From NCBI GenBank assembly GCA_034421995.1, contig DAOUJY010000047.1:39125-103124 (forward strand): 64,000 nt of DNA. Direction: 5' to 3'. Positions 11,260 through 20,095 of this stretch are shown here, one piece after another. Under the pieces are notes generated by a model that searched no databases, was not told where the DNA came from, and worked only from the letters and a program-made list of their open reading frames with translations. The DNA comes from Dehalococcoidia bacterium. Its GTDB lineage: Bacteria; Chloroflexota; Dehalococcoidia; Lucifugimonadales; UBA3495. Numbering within the stretch: the stretch's first letter is position 1; the number at the start of each line of letters is the position of its first letter. A program made the translations under genes and the position numbers.

Positions 11260-12090
11260 TTATGCGATGATTGACACCGTGTCCAAAACCTTCAGCCCCA
11301 ATTCCCGGTCCCCTTCCAGCGCCGTCCTCGACTGCACAATGCCCTTATCGATGCTTTTGGTGAACAGCTTCCAGGCATCGATCGCGTCTATGGTGACCTG
11401 AGCGGCGGGCGTGTTGGCTTCGTGTTCATACAGTGCCCAGCCCGAAGCGCTGCGTACTACCAGCCAAGTCCCGCCCGCAGCGCCGGAAATCGCGACACGG
11501 ATCATCGTTCCCGTTGGGACTTCCACGCCGGAGTACGCACGCGGCAGCCCGTGCGCGAAAGTCGCCAGAACCGGCGCGAACCAATGCGGACCGGTCAGCA
11601 AGGGACGTCCCACCGCCTCTCGGATCTGCTGTTGATGATGCCAATACTCTGTGTATTCGCGGGCGAGGTGCAGCCAAACCGGGACCGGATCCGGGCCGGC
11701 CCAACTCACCACCGGGCCAATGTCGTGCGGATCCAGGGACTGCAAATACTGGTTCACGAGATAGCCCATGGACTGCAATAAGTCGATCATGAGGCGTGGG
11801 CTCATCCTCCCCATGGCCCTGACCCATTGCTCGTTCAGGTTGTTGAGTTCCCTCACGAGATCGTCCCACTCATCCGTGACGATCCATGATGCCTGGTAAC
11901 CGTCGCGGCCAATGGACAGCTGGCCGACGTTATCACCCAGGATGTGCGCCGCCACGTCGTGCACCGACCAGCCGGGACACGCCGTAGGCGCATCCCATTC
12001 CTCCGGTTGCAGGGAGTCCAATACCTCTACGAGATGTTGCAGCAGCCCGGGTAGCAAGTGTGCGGTCAATACAGGTTCCGGTGGGTGCAT
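11260..12090 (-). CDS. DinB/MDMPI_N-like family protein (maleylpyruvate isomerase N-terminal domain type)
   Basis: TACPGWSVHDVAAHILG motif near the N-terminus. Start taken at ATG 12090 after a GAGGGTG SD. Confidence 0.7.
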   Translation of the reverse strand: MHPPEPVLTAHLLPGLLQHLVEVLDSLQPEEWDAPTACPGWSVHDVAAHILGDNVGQLSIGRDGYQASWIVTDEWDDLVRELNNLNEQWVRAMGRMSPRLMIDLLQSMGYLVNQYLQSLDPHDIGPVVSWAGPDPVPVWLHLAREYTEYWHHQQQIREAVGRPLLTGPHWFAPVLATFAHGLPRAYSGVEVPTGTMIRVAISGAAGGTWLVVRSASGWALYEHEANTPAAQVTIDAIDAWKLFTKSIDKGIVQSRTALEGDRELGLKVLDTVSIIA

Positions 12091-12215
12091 GGTCGTCACC
12101 CTCGCACTTAGCCAGGCAAATATCCCCCGCGGGCACGCGGCGGGGATATGCGCAGGGGAAGGTTTCACGACCTGCCCCTGCCGGCGTCAGCGCCGATTGG
12201 CGCAACGGATCTCGA

Positions 12216-13331
12216 TTACTTGAAGTGCGGGATCACGTCCTCGGAGATGCACTTCAGGGTGTCCATGACCACCTCTCGGGGGACGGAGGAGGTCCAGTTG
12301 CACTCGAACATGATCTCGTCGGTGGTGAACTGCTCGCGGAACATATGGATCTTCTCAACCACCTCTTCCGGCGTGCCGAAGAGGTTGACCTCTTGGGTGG
12401 CCTCGGGGCCGGCGCTGCCCGCGTCGGTGCTTCCGATGGCGAGCCGACCGGCGTAATAGATCCGCGCCAGGTTCATCAGGTCTTCGACCCGGCGGTCCGC
12501 CTTCTCCTGAGTGTCCGCCACCAGCGTGGGCACGCGCACCACCGTGCTCGGCTCGCCCTCGTGACCGGCGTCGTACCAGGCCTTGCGGTAATCCTGCACG
12601 TCCTGCCTCAGGATGGCGGAACCGCGCAGGTTGTGGGGCGAGCTGCCGGCGCCGATGGCGATGCGATAGCCATGCTCGCCCATGGGAACGAAGCTCTCCT
12701 GGCTGTCCACGGGGAGCAGCATGGGCATCGGCTTCTGCACCGGCTTGGGGATGCTCATGTATTCTTCGTAGAAGGCGGGATAGTTGAAGTACTTGCCCTC
12801 AAACCCGGAGAACCTGTCCTCGTTCCAGAGCTGCTTGAGCAGCTCCAGGTACTCGTAGAAGTATTCCCGGCGTTGGTCGGAGCCCCGCGTGCGGGCGCCC
12901 GGGCCGTAAATGAACCGGCCTTCGCTGACCTGGTCCACTATGGCGACCTGTTCCGCCACCTGGAAGGGGTCCTCCAGCTGGAGGTTGTCAAAGGCGTAGC
13001 GTTCGTGGGGCAGCGCCCGCTCCGATACCGTCTCCCCGGGCAGCCGCAGGGTCGGGCGGTGGATGGAGGTGCCGATCCTGATGTTCTCGGTGTGGTTGGC
13101 CAGGACGGCCGACAGCATGAGCGACTGGGGGTCCATGCTGCCCTGGGTGGAGAAGTGGCCGCCGCCCAGCCAGACGTAATCCCATCCCGCGTCTTCGACG
13201 AGTTCGATTTCCTTGAAGTTCATCTTGTAGGCTGCGGCCTCAAGGAGCTTGCCGCCCTGATAGTCTGGATCCCAGGGAACCTTGCCGCCCTCGTAAACGG
13301 CGTTCCAGGTTGTGAAAAGTCCAAAGTCCAT
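12216..13331 (-). CDS. LLM-class (luciferase-like) flavin-dependent oxidoreductase
   Basis: 371 aa. TIM-barrel LLM-type sequence (MDFGLF..., IRIGTSI, AEQVAIVDQVSEGRF). Confidence 0.88.
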   Translation of the reverse strand: MDFGLFTTWNAVYEGGKVPWDPDYQGGKLLEAAAYKMNFKEIELVEDAGWDYVWLGGGHFSTQGSMDPQSLMLSAVLANHTENIRIGTSIHRPTLRLPGETVSERALPHERYAFDNLQLEDPFQVAEQVAIVDQVSEGRFIYGPGARTRGSDQRREYFYEYLELLKQLWNEDRFSGFEGKYFNYPAFYEEYMSIPKPVQKPMPMLLPVDSQESFVPMGEHGYRIAIGAGSSPHNLRGSAILRQDVQDYRKAWYDAGHEGEPSTVVRVPTLVADTQEKADRRVEDLMNLARIYYAGRLAIGSTDAGSAGPEATQEVNLFGTPEEVVEKIHMFREQFTTDEIMFECNWTSSVPREVVMDTLKCISEDVIPHFK

Positions 13332-13445
13332 GATTGACCCTCCATTCCGTGCGGGCGATACATTCCATCATTGCAGCCGATGTTAACACCGGCGGCAGAG
13401 AGCGTCAACGCTGGCACCGGAATAGGCAGCGCTAGCGGCGCAGCG

Positions 13446-14426
13446 CTACTCCATCAGCTCTGCTAGATGAGGCTCGAACACCCGCTTGAACGCAACCAAT
13501 CGTGTTTCCACCCATTGCTGCAATTCTCGTAACCGCTCCGGGTTGTCCTCGGCCAAGCTTCCCTCGCGCACTGTCAGAATGCGAGATGCTGGCCGGTTGT
13601 TTTGGCGCAACCACTCCAGCGGCTCTGAAAGTTCGCTTTCAATCAGGTCTTTTTGCTCAGCCAACTTGTCGAACAAGGCTTCGTTCTGCATTTTGTCGTC
13701 AGAGTTGATATAAAGCTGAACCCAGATTTTCCCCGGGAATAGGTTTAGGGATTCATCACTGGCGCCATAATATATGCGGTCTCGCCAAGGAGAGTCCGGG
13801 CGGAACCTTCGCCATCTCCAACGAGGATGGTTCCCGCCAGGAGTGAGTCTGTGCTCATCTAACAATTCCCGGTCCAGTCCCTCGAAAAACCGGCGGCGGC
13901 GCTCTGTCGCACCGGCATTGTCTCTGGCTCGCCTGTCCCGCAGCGCACTAGCCATATTTTTCTGCCAATCATTAGGCATTGCCACCACTTTGAAATGCGG
14001 CGCCGGCCTAGAGTTGTCAATGCGCCACGCTTCAACAACCACGCCAAAAAACTGGGTATCCTCCCCAGTCCGCTGGTTGAGCCAGTCCAGCGCCTGCCGA
14101 TGTTCTGGCTGAAATTCGCTGGTGAGCCAGACGATAATGCCCGCTTCGAAACCCGCAGCGTAAGTAAGCAATTGTCCCAGATGTCTGTGGTCAGTAGACG
14201 CCAATTGGTTTTCTATCACCACAGGCGTATCGGTCCCTTGAACGTGGGCAAGTACATCCAATTCAAAGGAACCCACCCGGGCTTCCCGCTCTCGGAATTC
14301 CAATTCCAGCCCCAGTTCCTCGCCCAGCTTGTCCAGATTGTCCGCCAGCCACCTCGAAAAGTTGAACTCTTCATGGGGCCAAACCGTGCGCAGACCAACC
14401 CGCTCAATCACTCCCAAATCAACCAT
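13446..14426 (-). CDS. DUF4268-type protein with an N-terminal PD-(D/E)XK-like module
   Basis: Motifs FELDVLA...VVIENQL..TDHRHLGQLLTYAA...DWLN. ATG 14426 is preceded by AAGGAG. Paralog of 22785-23767. Confidence 0.7.
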   Translation of the reverse strand: MVDLGVIERVGLRTVWPHEEFNFSRWLADNLDKLGEELGLELEFREREARVGSFELDVLAHVQGTDTPVVIENQLASTDHRHLGQLLTYAAGFEAGIIVWLTSEFQPEHRQALDWLNQRTGEDTQFFGVVVEAWRIDNSRPAPHFKVVAMPNDWQKNMASALRDRRARDNAGATERRRRFFEGLDRELLDEHRLTPGGNHPRWRWRRFRPDSPWRDRIYYGASDESLNLFPGKIWVQLYINSDDKMQNEALFDKLAEQKDLIESELSEPLEWLRQNNRPASRILTVREGSLAEDNPERLRELQQWVETRLVAFKRVFEPHLAELME

Positions 14427-14506
14427 CGCAAAACTCCTTGTCGCGCCGTCGCCTACTGTCACTCCGCCGGCGGCATTCGTTCCTCAATAATAACGCCACC
14501 GCCGTC

Positions 14507-14857
14507 CTACCAGTCGATGGTGAGGCGGCAGTTCGCCAGCAAGGCCGTGCCTATCATGGGATAGCTTCCCAAGGTCTGTACCCGCACGTCCAAAGGCTGC
14601 CCGTGCCAAAGTATGCGCCCAGCGTGAACGTTGGCGCGGATGCTCCGCCCGTCTGCAAGGGTTACTCGTTCCGCTCTTGCGCTGCTCAATCCCAGCTCAT
14701 GCGCTGCTGATTCCGGCAGCGATAGCGCCCCGGTGAACCCGGTATCGATTAATACCTCGACCGACCGGAAAATCCGGTCATCGCCGGCAATGTCAATAGT
14801 GATCCGCGCTTCCAGTTGGGACGCATCTCGCCGAATGCTCACCTGCCCACTAATCAT
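14507..14857 (-). CDS. Clan AA aspartic protease (AF_0612/DTGF-like), module A
   Basis: MISG... LIDTGFTGALSLP ... TIDW. Its start overlaps the stop of the upstream small ORF (ATGATTAG). Confidence 0.75.
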   Translation of the reverse strand: MISGQVSIRRDASQLEARITIDIAGDDRIFRSVEVLIDTGFTGALSLPESAAHELGLSSARAERVTLADGRSIRANVHAGRILWHGQPLDVRVQTLGSYPMIGTALLANCRLTIDW

Positions 14858-15158
14858 GAATTTGCCTTTGTCGATCAGCCAGAATCTCCATGGTTCCCCG
14901 CCAACCCAATCTCACCGGCGAGTACGGCTTGTCGCTGCCCACCAGTTCGGCCCAGGTGAATGCGTTCGGATGTCGTTCCCGCAGACGCTTGGTTAGCTCC
15001 ACGTCGCTGTGCTCACCTCGGTACTCGCCAACCTCATAGTCGCCACTGTGAATGTCGATGACCACCAGTTTGCCCCAATGCTTGGCTTCCATTTCCTCAC
15101 GGATGCCCGCGTAGATTTTCTGGCCCATGGCGGCCGCTTCATCCGGCGTGAGTTCCAT
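14850..15158 (-). CDS. Small partner protein of protease A (DUF5678-like by recollection)
   Basis: About two-thirds identical by eye to 15618-15941 over ~73 aa. ATG 15158 lies 6 nt after GGAGGG. The longer track ORF (to 15344) is rejected. Confidence 0.6.
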   Translation of the reverse strand: MELTPDEAAAMGQKIYAGIREEMEAKHWGKLVVIDIHSGDYEVGEYRGEHSDVELTKRLRERHPNAFTWAELVGSDKPYSPVRLGWRGTMEILADRQRQIHD

Positions 15159-15222
15159 AATCATCCCTCCCGTCAAAGGCCACCGCCAAGTCCAGTCCGC
15201 CTCCGGCGCATGGCCCCGGACG

Positions 15223-15621
15223 TTACTCCTCCGGCAGCATTCGTTCTTCAATGATAACGTCGCCGCCGTCCCACCAGTCGATGATGAGGCGGCTGTCGGC
15301 CAGCAGGTCGGTGCCGATGAGCGTGTCATTGCCGGACTCGGCAAATACCCGCCTCATCCGTCCGTGCCACAATATCCACACGGCATAAACGTTAACTTGC
15401 ACTGTTGGGCCATGAGCCTGGCGCACATACCGCCTTGACGTGAAACGCAAGCCAAGCTCCTGCACAACGGGTTCCGGCAGGGTTAGCCAATCCGTAGCCC
15501 CGGTATCTACCACAGCCGCCAGTGTCCGGAAAGCCAGATCATCGCCAGCTACTGCGATGTCAACCCAAGCCTCCAAGCCGGCGCCGTCTGTCGCGCTTGG
15601 CCGGACTATTCCACTAATCAT
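15223..15621 (-). CDS. Clan AA aspartic protease (AF_0612-like), module B
   Basis: MISG... VVDTGATDWLTLP ... IIDW. ATGA overlap with the upstream small ORF. Confidence 0.75.
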   Translation of the reverse strand: MISGIVRPSATDGAGLEAWVDIAVAGDDLAFRTLAAVVDTGATDWLTLPEPVVQELGLRFTSRRYVRQAHGPTVQVNVYAVWILWHGRMRRVFAESGNDTLIGTDLLADSRLIIDWWDGGDVIIEERMLPEE

Positions 15622-15941
15622 GGGTCAACCTTCTGTTCAGGCCGTACCGGAAACAACCCGCGCCTTCCCGGTTTCCTGTAATACGGTGCCGGGTAGCCCA
15701 CCAGCACTGCCCAAGTTTGGGCGTCGGGCCACCGCTCGAGCAAACGACTCGTCATTTCCTCATCGCTGCGGCGGCTTACGAATGCACCCACTTCATAGTC
15801 ACCACTGTGAACGTCGATGACCACCAGCTCGCCCCAGTGGTTAGCTTCCATTTCCTCGCGGATGCTCTCGTAGATTTTCTGGCCGGCGGCGGCAGCTTCC
15901 TCGCCGGTGAATTCGGTTGTTTCCTTGTCGCCGTATTTCAT
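15618..15941 (-). CDS. Small partner protein of protease B
   Basis: Core AAAAGQKIYESIREEMEANHWGELVVIDVHSGDYEVG. ATGA overlaps at both ends. Confidence 0.65.
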   Translation of the reverse strand: MKYGDKETTEFTGEEAAAAGQKIYESIREEMEANHWGELVVIDVHSGDYEVGAFVSRRSDEEMTSRLLERWPDAQTWAVLVGYPAPYYRKPGRRGLFPVRPEQKVDP

Positions 15942-16306
15942 AGTGTTCCCCCTTGCATCAGCAAGTCTTCCTGGACCACCAGCCGCTGGTCCACCGGGTC
16001 AACCGCCAAGCCCATATCCTCCAGCGTGGTCGCTCCCATCAGGTACACCCCTTCCGACCCGAAAGACACGCGGGCCACTGCGTTGCGGCCTGCTGCGGAG
16101 AACCTTGCCCAGGCAGTTTGCAACTCCATTCTGCTGCCGTCGGCAATCCTGGATATTCTGGTTTCAACCGGCTCAATCCCCAGCTCGCGCAATATGCTGG
16201 CTGGAATCATCGAGTGCGTGGCTCCGGTATCGACCAATGCCGAAACCGTAGCGCCGGCGCCGGTGAAAATGTTGCCCACCCACAAATCAACGCTGAAAGT
16301 ACCCAT
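15938..16306 (-). CDS. Retropepsin-like (clan AA) aspartic protease, single domain
   Basis: MGTFSVDLWVG... ALVDTGATHSMIPASIL. Same subtype as the proteins at 10866 and 6901. Confidence 0.75.
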   Translation of the reverse strand: MGTFSVDLWVGNIFTGAGATVSALVDTGATHSMIPASILRELGIEPVETRISRIADGSRMELQTAWARFSAAGRNAVARVSFGSEGVYLMGATTLEDMGLAVDPVDQRLVVQEDLLMQGGTL

Positions 16307-16307
16307 G

Positions 16308-16340
16308 CTCTGCGTCCTTGCGTCTCCGCGCCTTTGCGTT
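16308..16340. repeat. Short dispersed repeat P6 (ctctgcgtccttgcgtctccgcgcctttgcgtt)
   Basis: A near-identical 22-nt core, tgcgtctccgcgcctttgcgtt, recurs at 63740-63772. Confidence 0.6.
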
Positions 16341-16342
16341 CC

Positions 16343-17446
16343 CTAATAAACCTTGTATTCCTCCAGCACCGCCGCGTCCAGGTGCAGGCCCATGCCCGGC
16401 TCGGTGGGGGCGATTATCTCCCCGTTGTCCCACTGGGGCAGAACGCTGTTGAGCTGGTAGTACACCGGGTCGCGTTCCTCCTCGAACACCTCTACGAAGA
16501 GGCCGTGGGCGTGGGCCGGGAGCAGTTGCACCGCCAGCTGCGGCTCCTCGTGGTGGGCCATCTTGATGCCGCGCATCTGGGCTGCGCCGGCCACCCGCCG
16601 CCATTCCGATATGCCCCCGCAGATGGCCGCGTCGATGTTGAGGATGTCCACCGCCTCGGTGTCCATCAGGCGTTGCCCGCCCCAGGAGCTGCTCTCGCCC
16701 TGGCCGGCGGCCACCGGGATGCCCGTGCGCAGCCGCACCTGCCGCATATCGTTGTCGGCGTCCTGCCAGCGGCAGGATTCCTCCAGCCAGGCCAGGCCCA
16801 TCTCCTTCGCCGGCCCGGCGAACTCCAAAGCCTCATCCAGCGTCCACGCCTGGTTGGCGTCGCACACGATTATGAAGTCGTCACCCAGGGTGTCGCGGAT
16901 GGCCCGCACCCGCAGCAGGTCGTCGGCTACCGCGACGCCGCCCACCTTCAGCTTCACGCCGCCGATACCCCGCTCGCGCTGGTGCAGCAGGTCCTCCACC
17001 ATGTAAGCCGTATCCCGGCCCTGCACGTAATATGCGAACCGCACCACCGGGGCGCGGTCGGCGTATCCGCCCAACAGCGTTCGCACCGGAACGCCCAGGG
17101 CCTTGCCGGTAATGTCCCACAGCGCGATGTCGATAGCGGCGATGGCCCGCATCGCAACGGCCTTGTTGCCGATGTGCGGCGTCAGCGCAAACATCTTCTG
17201 CCAGCACCGCTCGATGGCCATGGGATCTTCGCCGTTCACCGCCTCGGCCATGGGCCCAACCACCAGGTCTTTCAGCAGTTCATAACCCGTGCGCTCGTCG
17301 CCGGAGTAGATTTCGCTGACCAGTCCCTCGTCGGTATGCACCCTGACGACGATGGTGCAACGGGATTCAATCTGGTAAACGCTGCCGCTGAAACGGGTGC
17401 TCAGGGGAATGCGAACGATGTCCGCTTCCACGTTGGTAATACGCAT
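16343..17446 (-). CDS. Enolase-superfamily enzyme (mandelate racemase/muconate lactonizing family)
   Basis: 367 aa. MRITNVEADIVRIPL N-terminal capping domain and a barrel domain with the usual acidic ligand positions. Confidence 0.88.
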   Translation of the reverse strand: MRITNVEADIVRIPLSTRFSGSVYQIESRCTIVVRVHTDEGLVSEIYSGDERTGYELLKDLVVGPMAEAVNGEDPMAIERCWQKMFALTPHIGNKAVAMRAIAAIDIALWDITGKALGVPVRTLLGGYADRAPVVRFAYYVQGRDTAYMVEDLLHQRERGIGGVKLKVGGVAVADDLLRVRAIRDTLGDDFIIVCDANQAWTLDEALEFAGPAKEMGLAWLEESCRWQDADNDMRQVRLRTGIPVAAGQGESSSWGGQRLMDTEAVDILNIDAAICGGISEWRRVAGAAQMRGIKMAHHEEPQLAVQLLPAHAHGLFVEVFEEERDPVYYQLNSVLPQWDNGEIIAPTEPGMGLHLDAAVLEEYKVY

Positions 17447-17588
17447 GGTCGCGCCGCCTCCAATCCATCCAAACTGCCCCGATTATACCTGCCGGCAAAA
17501 GCGGCAGGCGGCGCAGGCAACGTAGCAAAGACGAGAGGTAGCGCGTCGTTTTTGGTGACTGATTCGGGTGCCGGTTTGCGTGGGGTGT

Positions 17589-17616
17589 GTAGGGGCGAAT
17601 AATCATTCGCCCCTAC
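17589..17616. repeat. REP-like palindrome family P2
   Basis: gtaggggcgaataatcattcgcccctac, located 3' of the alpha-E gene. Confidence 0.8.
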
Positions 17617-17641
17617 CAATCGGATCCACCCAATTTCCGCG

Positions 17642-18628
17642 TTACGTTGCCGGTACACCCACCGCCGGATAGTCGAAATAGGTGGCCGTTATCAGGTTGT
17701 GCAACTCCAGGCAGAATGCTGCCACCAGTTCCAGCACACTCTCGCGGTTGTCGCTGTCCGGCCATTCGTAATGTAGCATCGCGCTGGCCCGGCCGGCCAG
17801 CCGTCGCATCGCCGCGCTGGCGTCCGCGTCCTGCCCGGCGCCGAGTACTGCGAGCTCTGCGGTCACGGCATCCAGGGCGTGGCACACTGAGTGCGGTAGG
17901 AGGGGGTCGGTAACGAGCAAATTCAGAACCTGCTCCGGGATCACTTCAACTCTGTACGCGCGTTGGTAAGCCTCGAAGGCGTGGTACACCCGCAGCAGGG
18001 AGGCCCAATCCGACTCGAAGCGTTGTTCGTCCGGACCGTCCATCTCCAGTTGGGTCAGCAACAGGCCGCCCATCTGTTGCGCTCGCTCGATGTTCCTGCC
18101 CAGCCGCATGAAATGCCAGCCTTCGTCCCGGTACATCGTCGTCGCCGCCACCCCCATGAAGGTGTCTATGTCTTCCGAGACCGAGGCATAGAAACTCTCC
18201 GGCGAGTTGGTCCAAATATCCAGAAGCCTGATCTGTTGGACACGCAGGTAGGCCAGGTTCAACGCCCGCCACATCTCGCCGCTGATGCAGTGGCGCATCT
18301 GGCGGGCGTTTTCTCGCCCGGCGGCAAAACAGCTCCATAGCGACACCGGATTCACCCGCTCGAAGGTCAGGTCGTCGGCCAGGGTGTATGAATCCGCCAG
18401 GGTGAATTCTTCCGCGCCGGCGAAGTTTCCGCTGAGCTCGAAGGTCAGGCCGGCCGCCGGCGGCTGCCGGTCCAGGCTGCGGTAGATGCGGTTCCACCCG
18501 GCGTAGATCTCCTCAACGGGTCGGTCAACCAGCGCCTCCGTTTGCAGTTGCAGCAGACGGCACAGGTGGTCCGTCCGCTCCAGGTAGCGGCCCATCCAGT
18601 ACAATCCCTGCGCGCTGCGGGCCAGCAT
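17642..18628 (-). CDS. Alpha-E domain protein (full length)
   Basis: MLARSAQGLYWMGRYLERTDH N-terminus. ATG 18628 lies 9 nt after GGAGGA and 5 nt after the upstream stop. Confidence 0.85.
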   Translation of the reverse strand: MLARSAQGLYWMGRYLERTDHLCRLLQLQTEALVDRPVEEIYAGWNRIYRSLDRQPPAAGLTFELSGNFAGAEEFTLADSYTLADDLTFERVNPVSLWSCFAAGRENARQMRHCISGEMWRALNLAYLRVQQIRLLDIWTNSPESFYASVSEDIDTFMGVAATTMYRDEGWHFMRLGRNIERAQQMGGLLLTQLEMDGPDEQRFESDWASLLRVYHAFEAYQRAYRVEVIPEQVLNLLVTDPLLPHSVCHALDAVTAELAVLGAGQDADASAAMRRLAGRASAMLHYEWPDSDNRESVLELVAAFCLELHNLITATYFDYPAVGVPAT

Positions 18629-18633
18629 CGGCG

Positions 18634-20094
18634 TCAGTCCTCCAGCACCCACACGTCCTTGCCGCCGCCGCCCTGGCTGGAGTTGACCACCAGGCTGCCC
18701 CGGCGCAACGCCACGCGGCAGAAGGCTCCGGGAACGATGCGCGTGGTCTGGCCGGTCAGTATGAACGGCCTCAGGTCAACGTGGCGCGGCTCGAACTTGC
18801 CGTCAATCAGGCAGGGAGCGCGGGATAGCGCCAGCGTGGGCTGGGCGATGAAGTCTTTGGGGTCCGCGCGCACGGCTTTGGCGTATTCCTCCCGCTCCGC
18901 CGGCGTGGCGTGGGGGCCAACCAGCATCCCGTAACCGCCTGATTCGCCAACCCGCTTCACCACCAGCTTGTCCAGGTTGTCCAGAGTGTATTCCAGTTCT
19001 TCCGGGCGCCGGCACAGGTAGGTCTCGACGTTCTGCAACAGTGGTTCTTCGCTGAGGTAGTAGCGGATTAGGTCGGGCACATAGGCGTACACGCCCTTGT
19101 CGTCGGCCACCCCAGTTCCCGGCGCGTTGGCCAGCGCGACGTTGCCCCGTAGATAGGCGTCCAGCAAGCCGGGGACGCCCAGCACCGAGTCGGAGCGGAA
19201 TGCCAGCGGGTCGATGAAGTCATCGTCAACCCGCCGGTAGATCACGTCGATCCGTTCCAGGCCGGTGGTGGTGTGCATGTACACGTAGCCGTCCTGCACC
19301 AGCAGGTCGCGGCCCTCCACCAGCTCCGCGCCGATTTCCCCCGCCAGGAACATATGCTCGTAAAACGCCGAGTTATAAACGCCCGGAGTCAGCAGCGCAA
19401 TCCGCGGGTTGGGTCGGTCGCCCGGCGCCAGTTCCCGCAGAGTTTCGCCCAGCAACTGACCGTACTGTTCCACTTCCAGGACCTGGGAACTGCGATAGAG
19501 ACGTCGGAAACTGGCCTTTACCGCCTTGCGGTTGGCCACCATGTACGACACGCCCGACGGCACGCGCAGGTTGTCCTCCAGGACCCGGTAGCCGTCGTTG
19601 GTGCGGACCAGGTCGGTGCCGCAGATTGCCACCCACGTTCCCTCCGGCGGGGTGAAGCCTTTCATCTGGGCGCGGTATTGCGGGCACTCGTACACCATAT
19701 CCGGCGGTATCACGCCGTCAGCAATAGCGCGTCCGCCTCCGGCGGATCCATACACATCCTGGATAAACCGGTTCAACGCCCGGATCCGTTGCGTCAGGCC
19801 GGCTTCCAGCTGCCGCCATTCCCGTTCCGCCAGCAGACGTGGCACGCAGTCAATGGGGATGATCCGTTCGGTGGCTTCCTCGTCGCCGTACACCGTGAAC
19901 GTGATGCCCTCGTTGGAGAACGACCGGGTCACCCGCTCCTGGATGGCGGCCAGTTCTTCGGCGGACAGCGCATCGAGGGTTCGGCGCAGGGCGGCCCAGC
20001 CGTCCCGCGTTCGTCCGTCGGCGAGAAACATCTCGTCAAAGACGTTGGCATCCAGTTCGTAGTCCCGAAAACGGTCTTCAACATTCGCTTGCAT
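18634..20094 (-). CDS. Circularly permuted ATP-grasp type 2 protein
   Basis: Paralog of 7976-9355. ATG 20094 sits 1 nt after the lhgO stop. Confidence 0.88.
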   Translation of the reverse strand: MQANVEDRFRDYELDANVFDEMFLADGRTRDGWAALRRTLDALSAEELAAIQERVTRSFSNEGITFTVYGDEEATERIIPIDCVPRLLAEREWRQLEAGLTQRIRALNRFIQDVYGSAGGGRAIADGVIPPDMVYECPQYRAQMKGFTPPEGTWVAICGTDLVRTNDGYRVLEDNLRVPSGVSYMVANRKAVKASFRRLYRSSQVLEVEQYGQLLGETLRELAPGDRPNPRIALLTPGVYNSAFYEHMFLAGEIGAELVEGRDLLVQDGYVYMHTTTGLERIDVIYRRVDDDFIDPLAFRSDSVLGVPGLLDAYLRGNVALANAPGTGVADDKGVYAYVPDLIRYYLSEEPLLQNVETYLCRRPEELEYTLDNLDKLVVKRVGESGGYGMLVGPHATPAEREEYAKAVRADPKDFIAQPTLALSRAPCLIDGKFEPRHVDLRPFILTGQTTRIVPGAFCRVALRRGSLVVNSSQGGGGKDVWVLED

Positions 20095-20095
20095 T

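Noticed and set aside
14850-15344. 164-aa version of small ORF A.
   Set aside because: The first 62 codons overlap protease B out of frame and give an Ala/Ser/Thr/Trp-rich product. Homology to small ORF B starts at ATG 15158, which has a GGAGGG SD.
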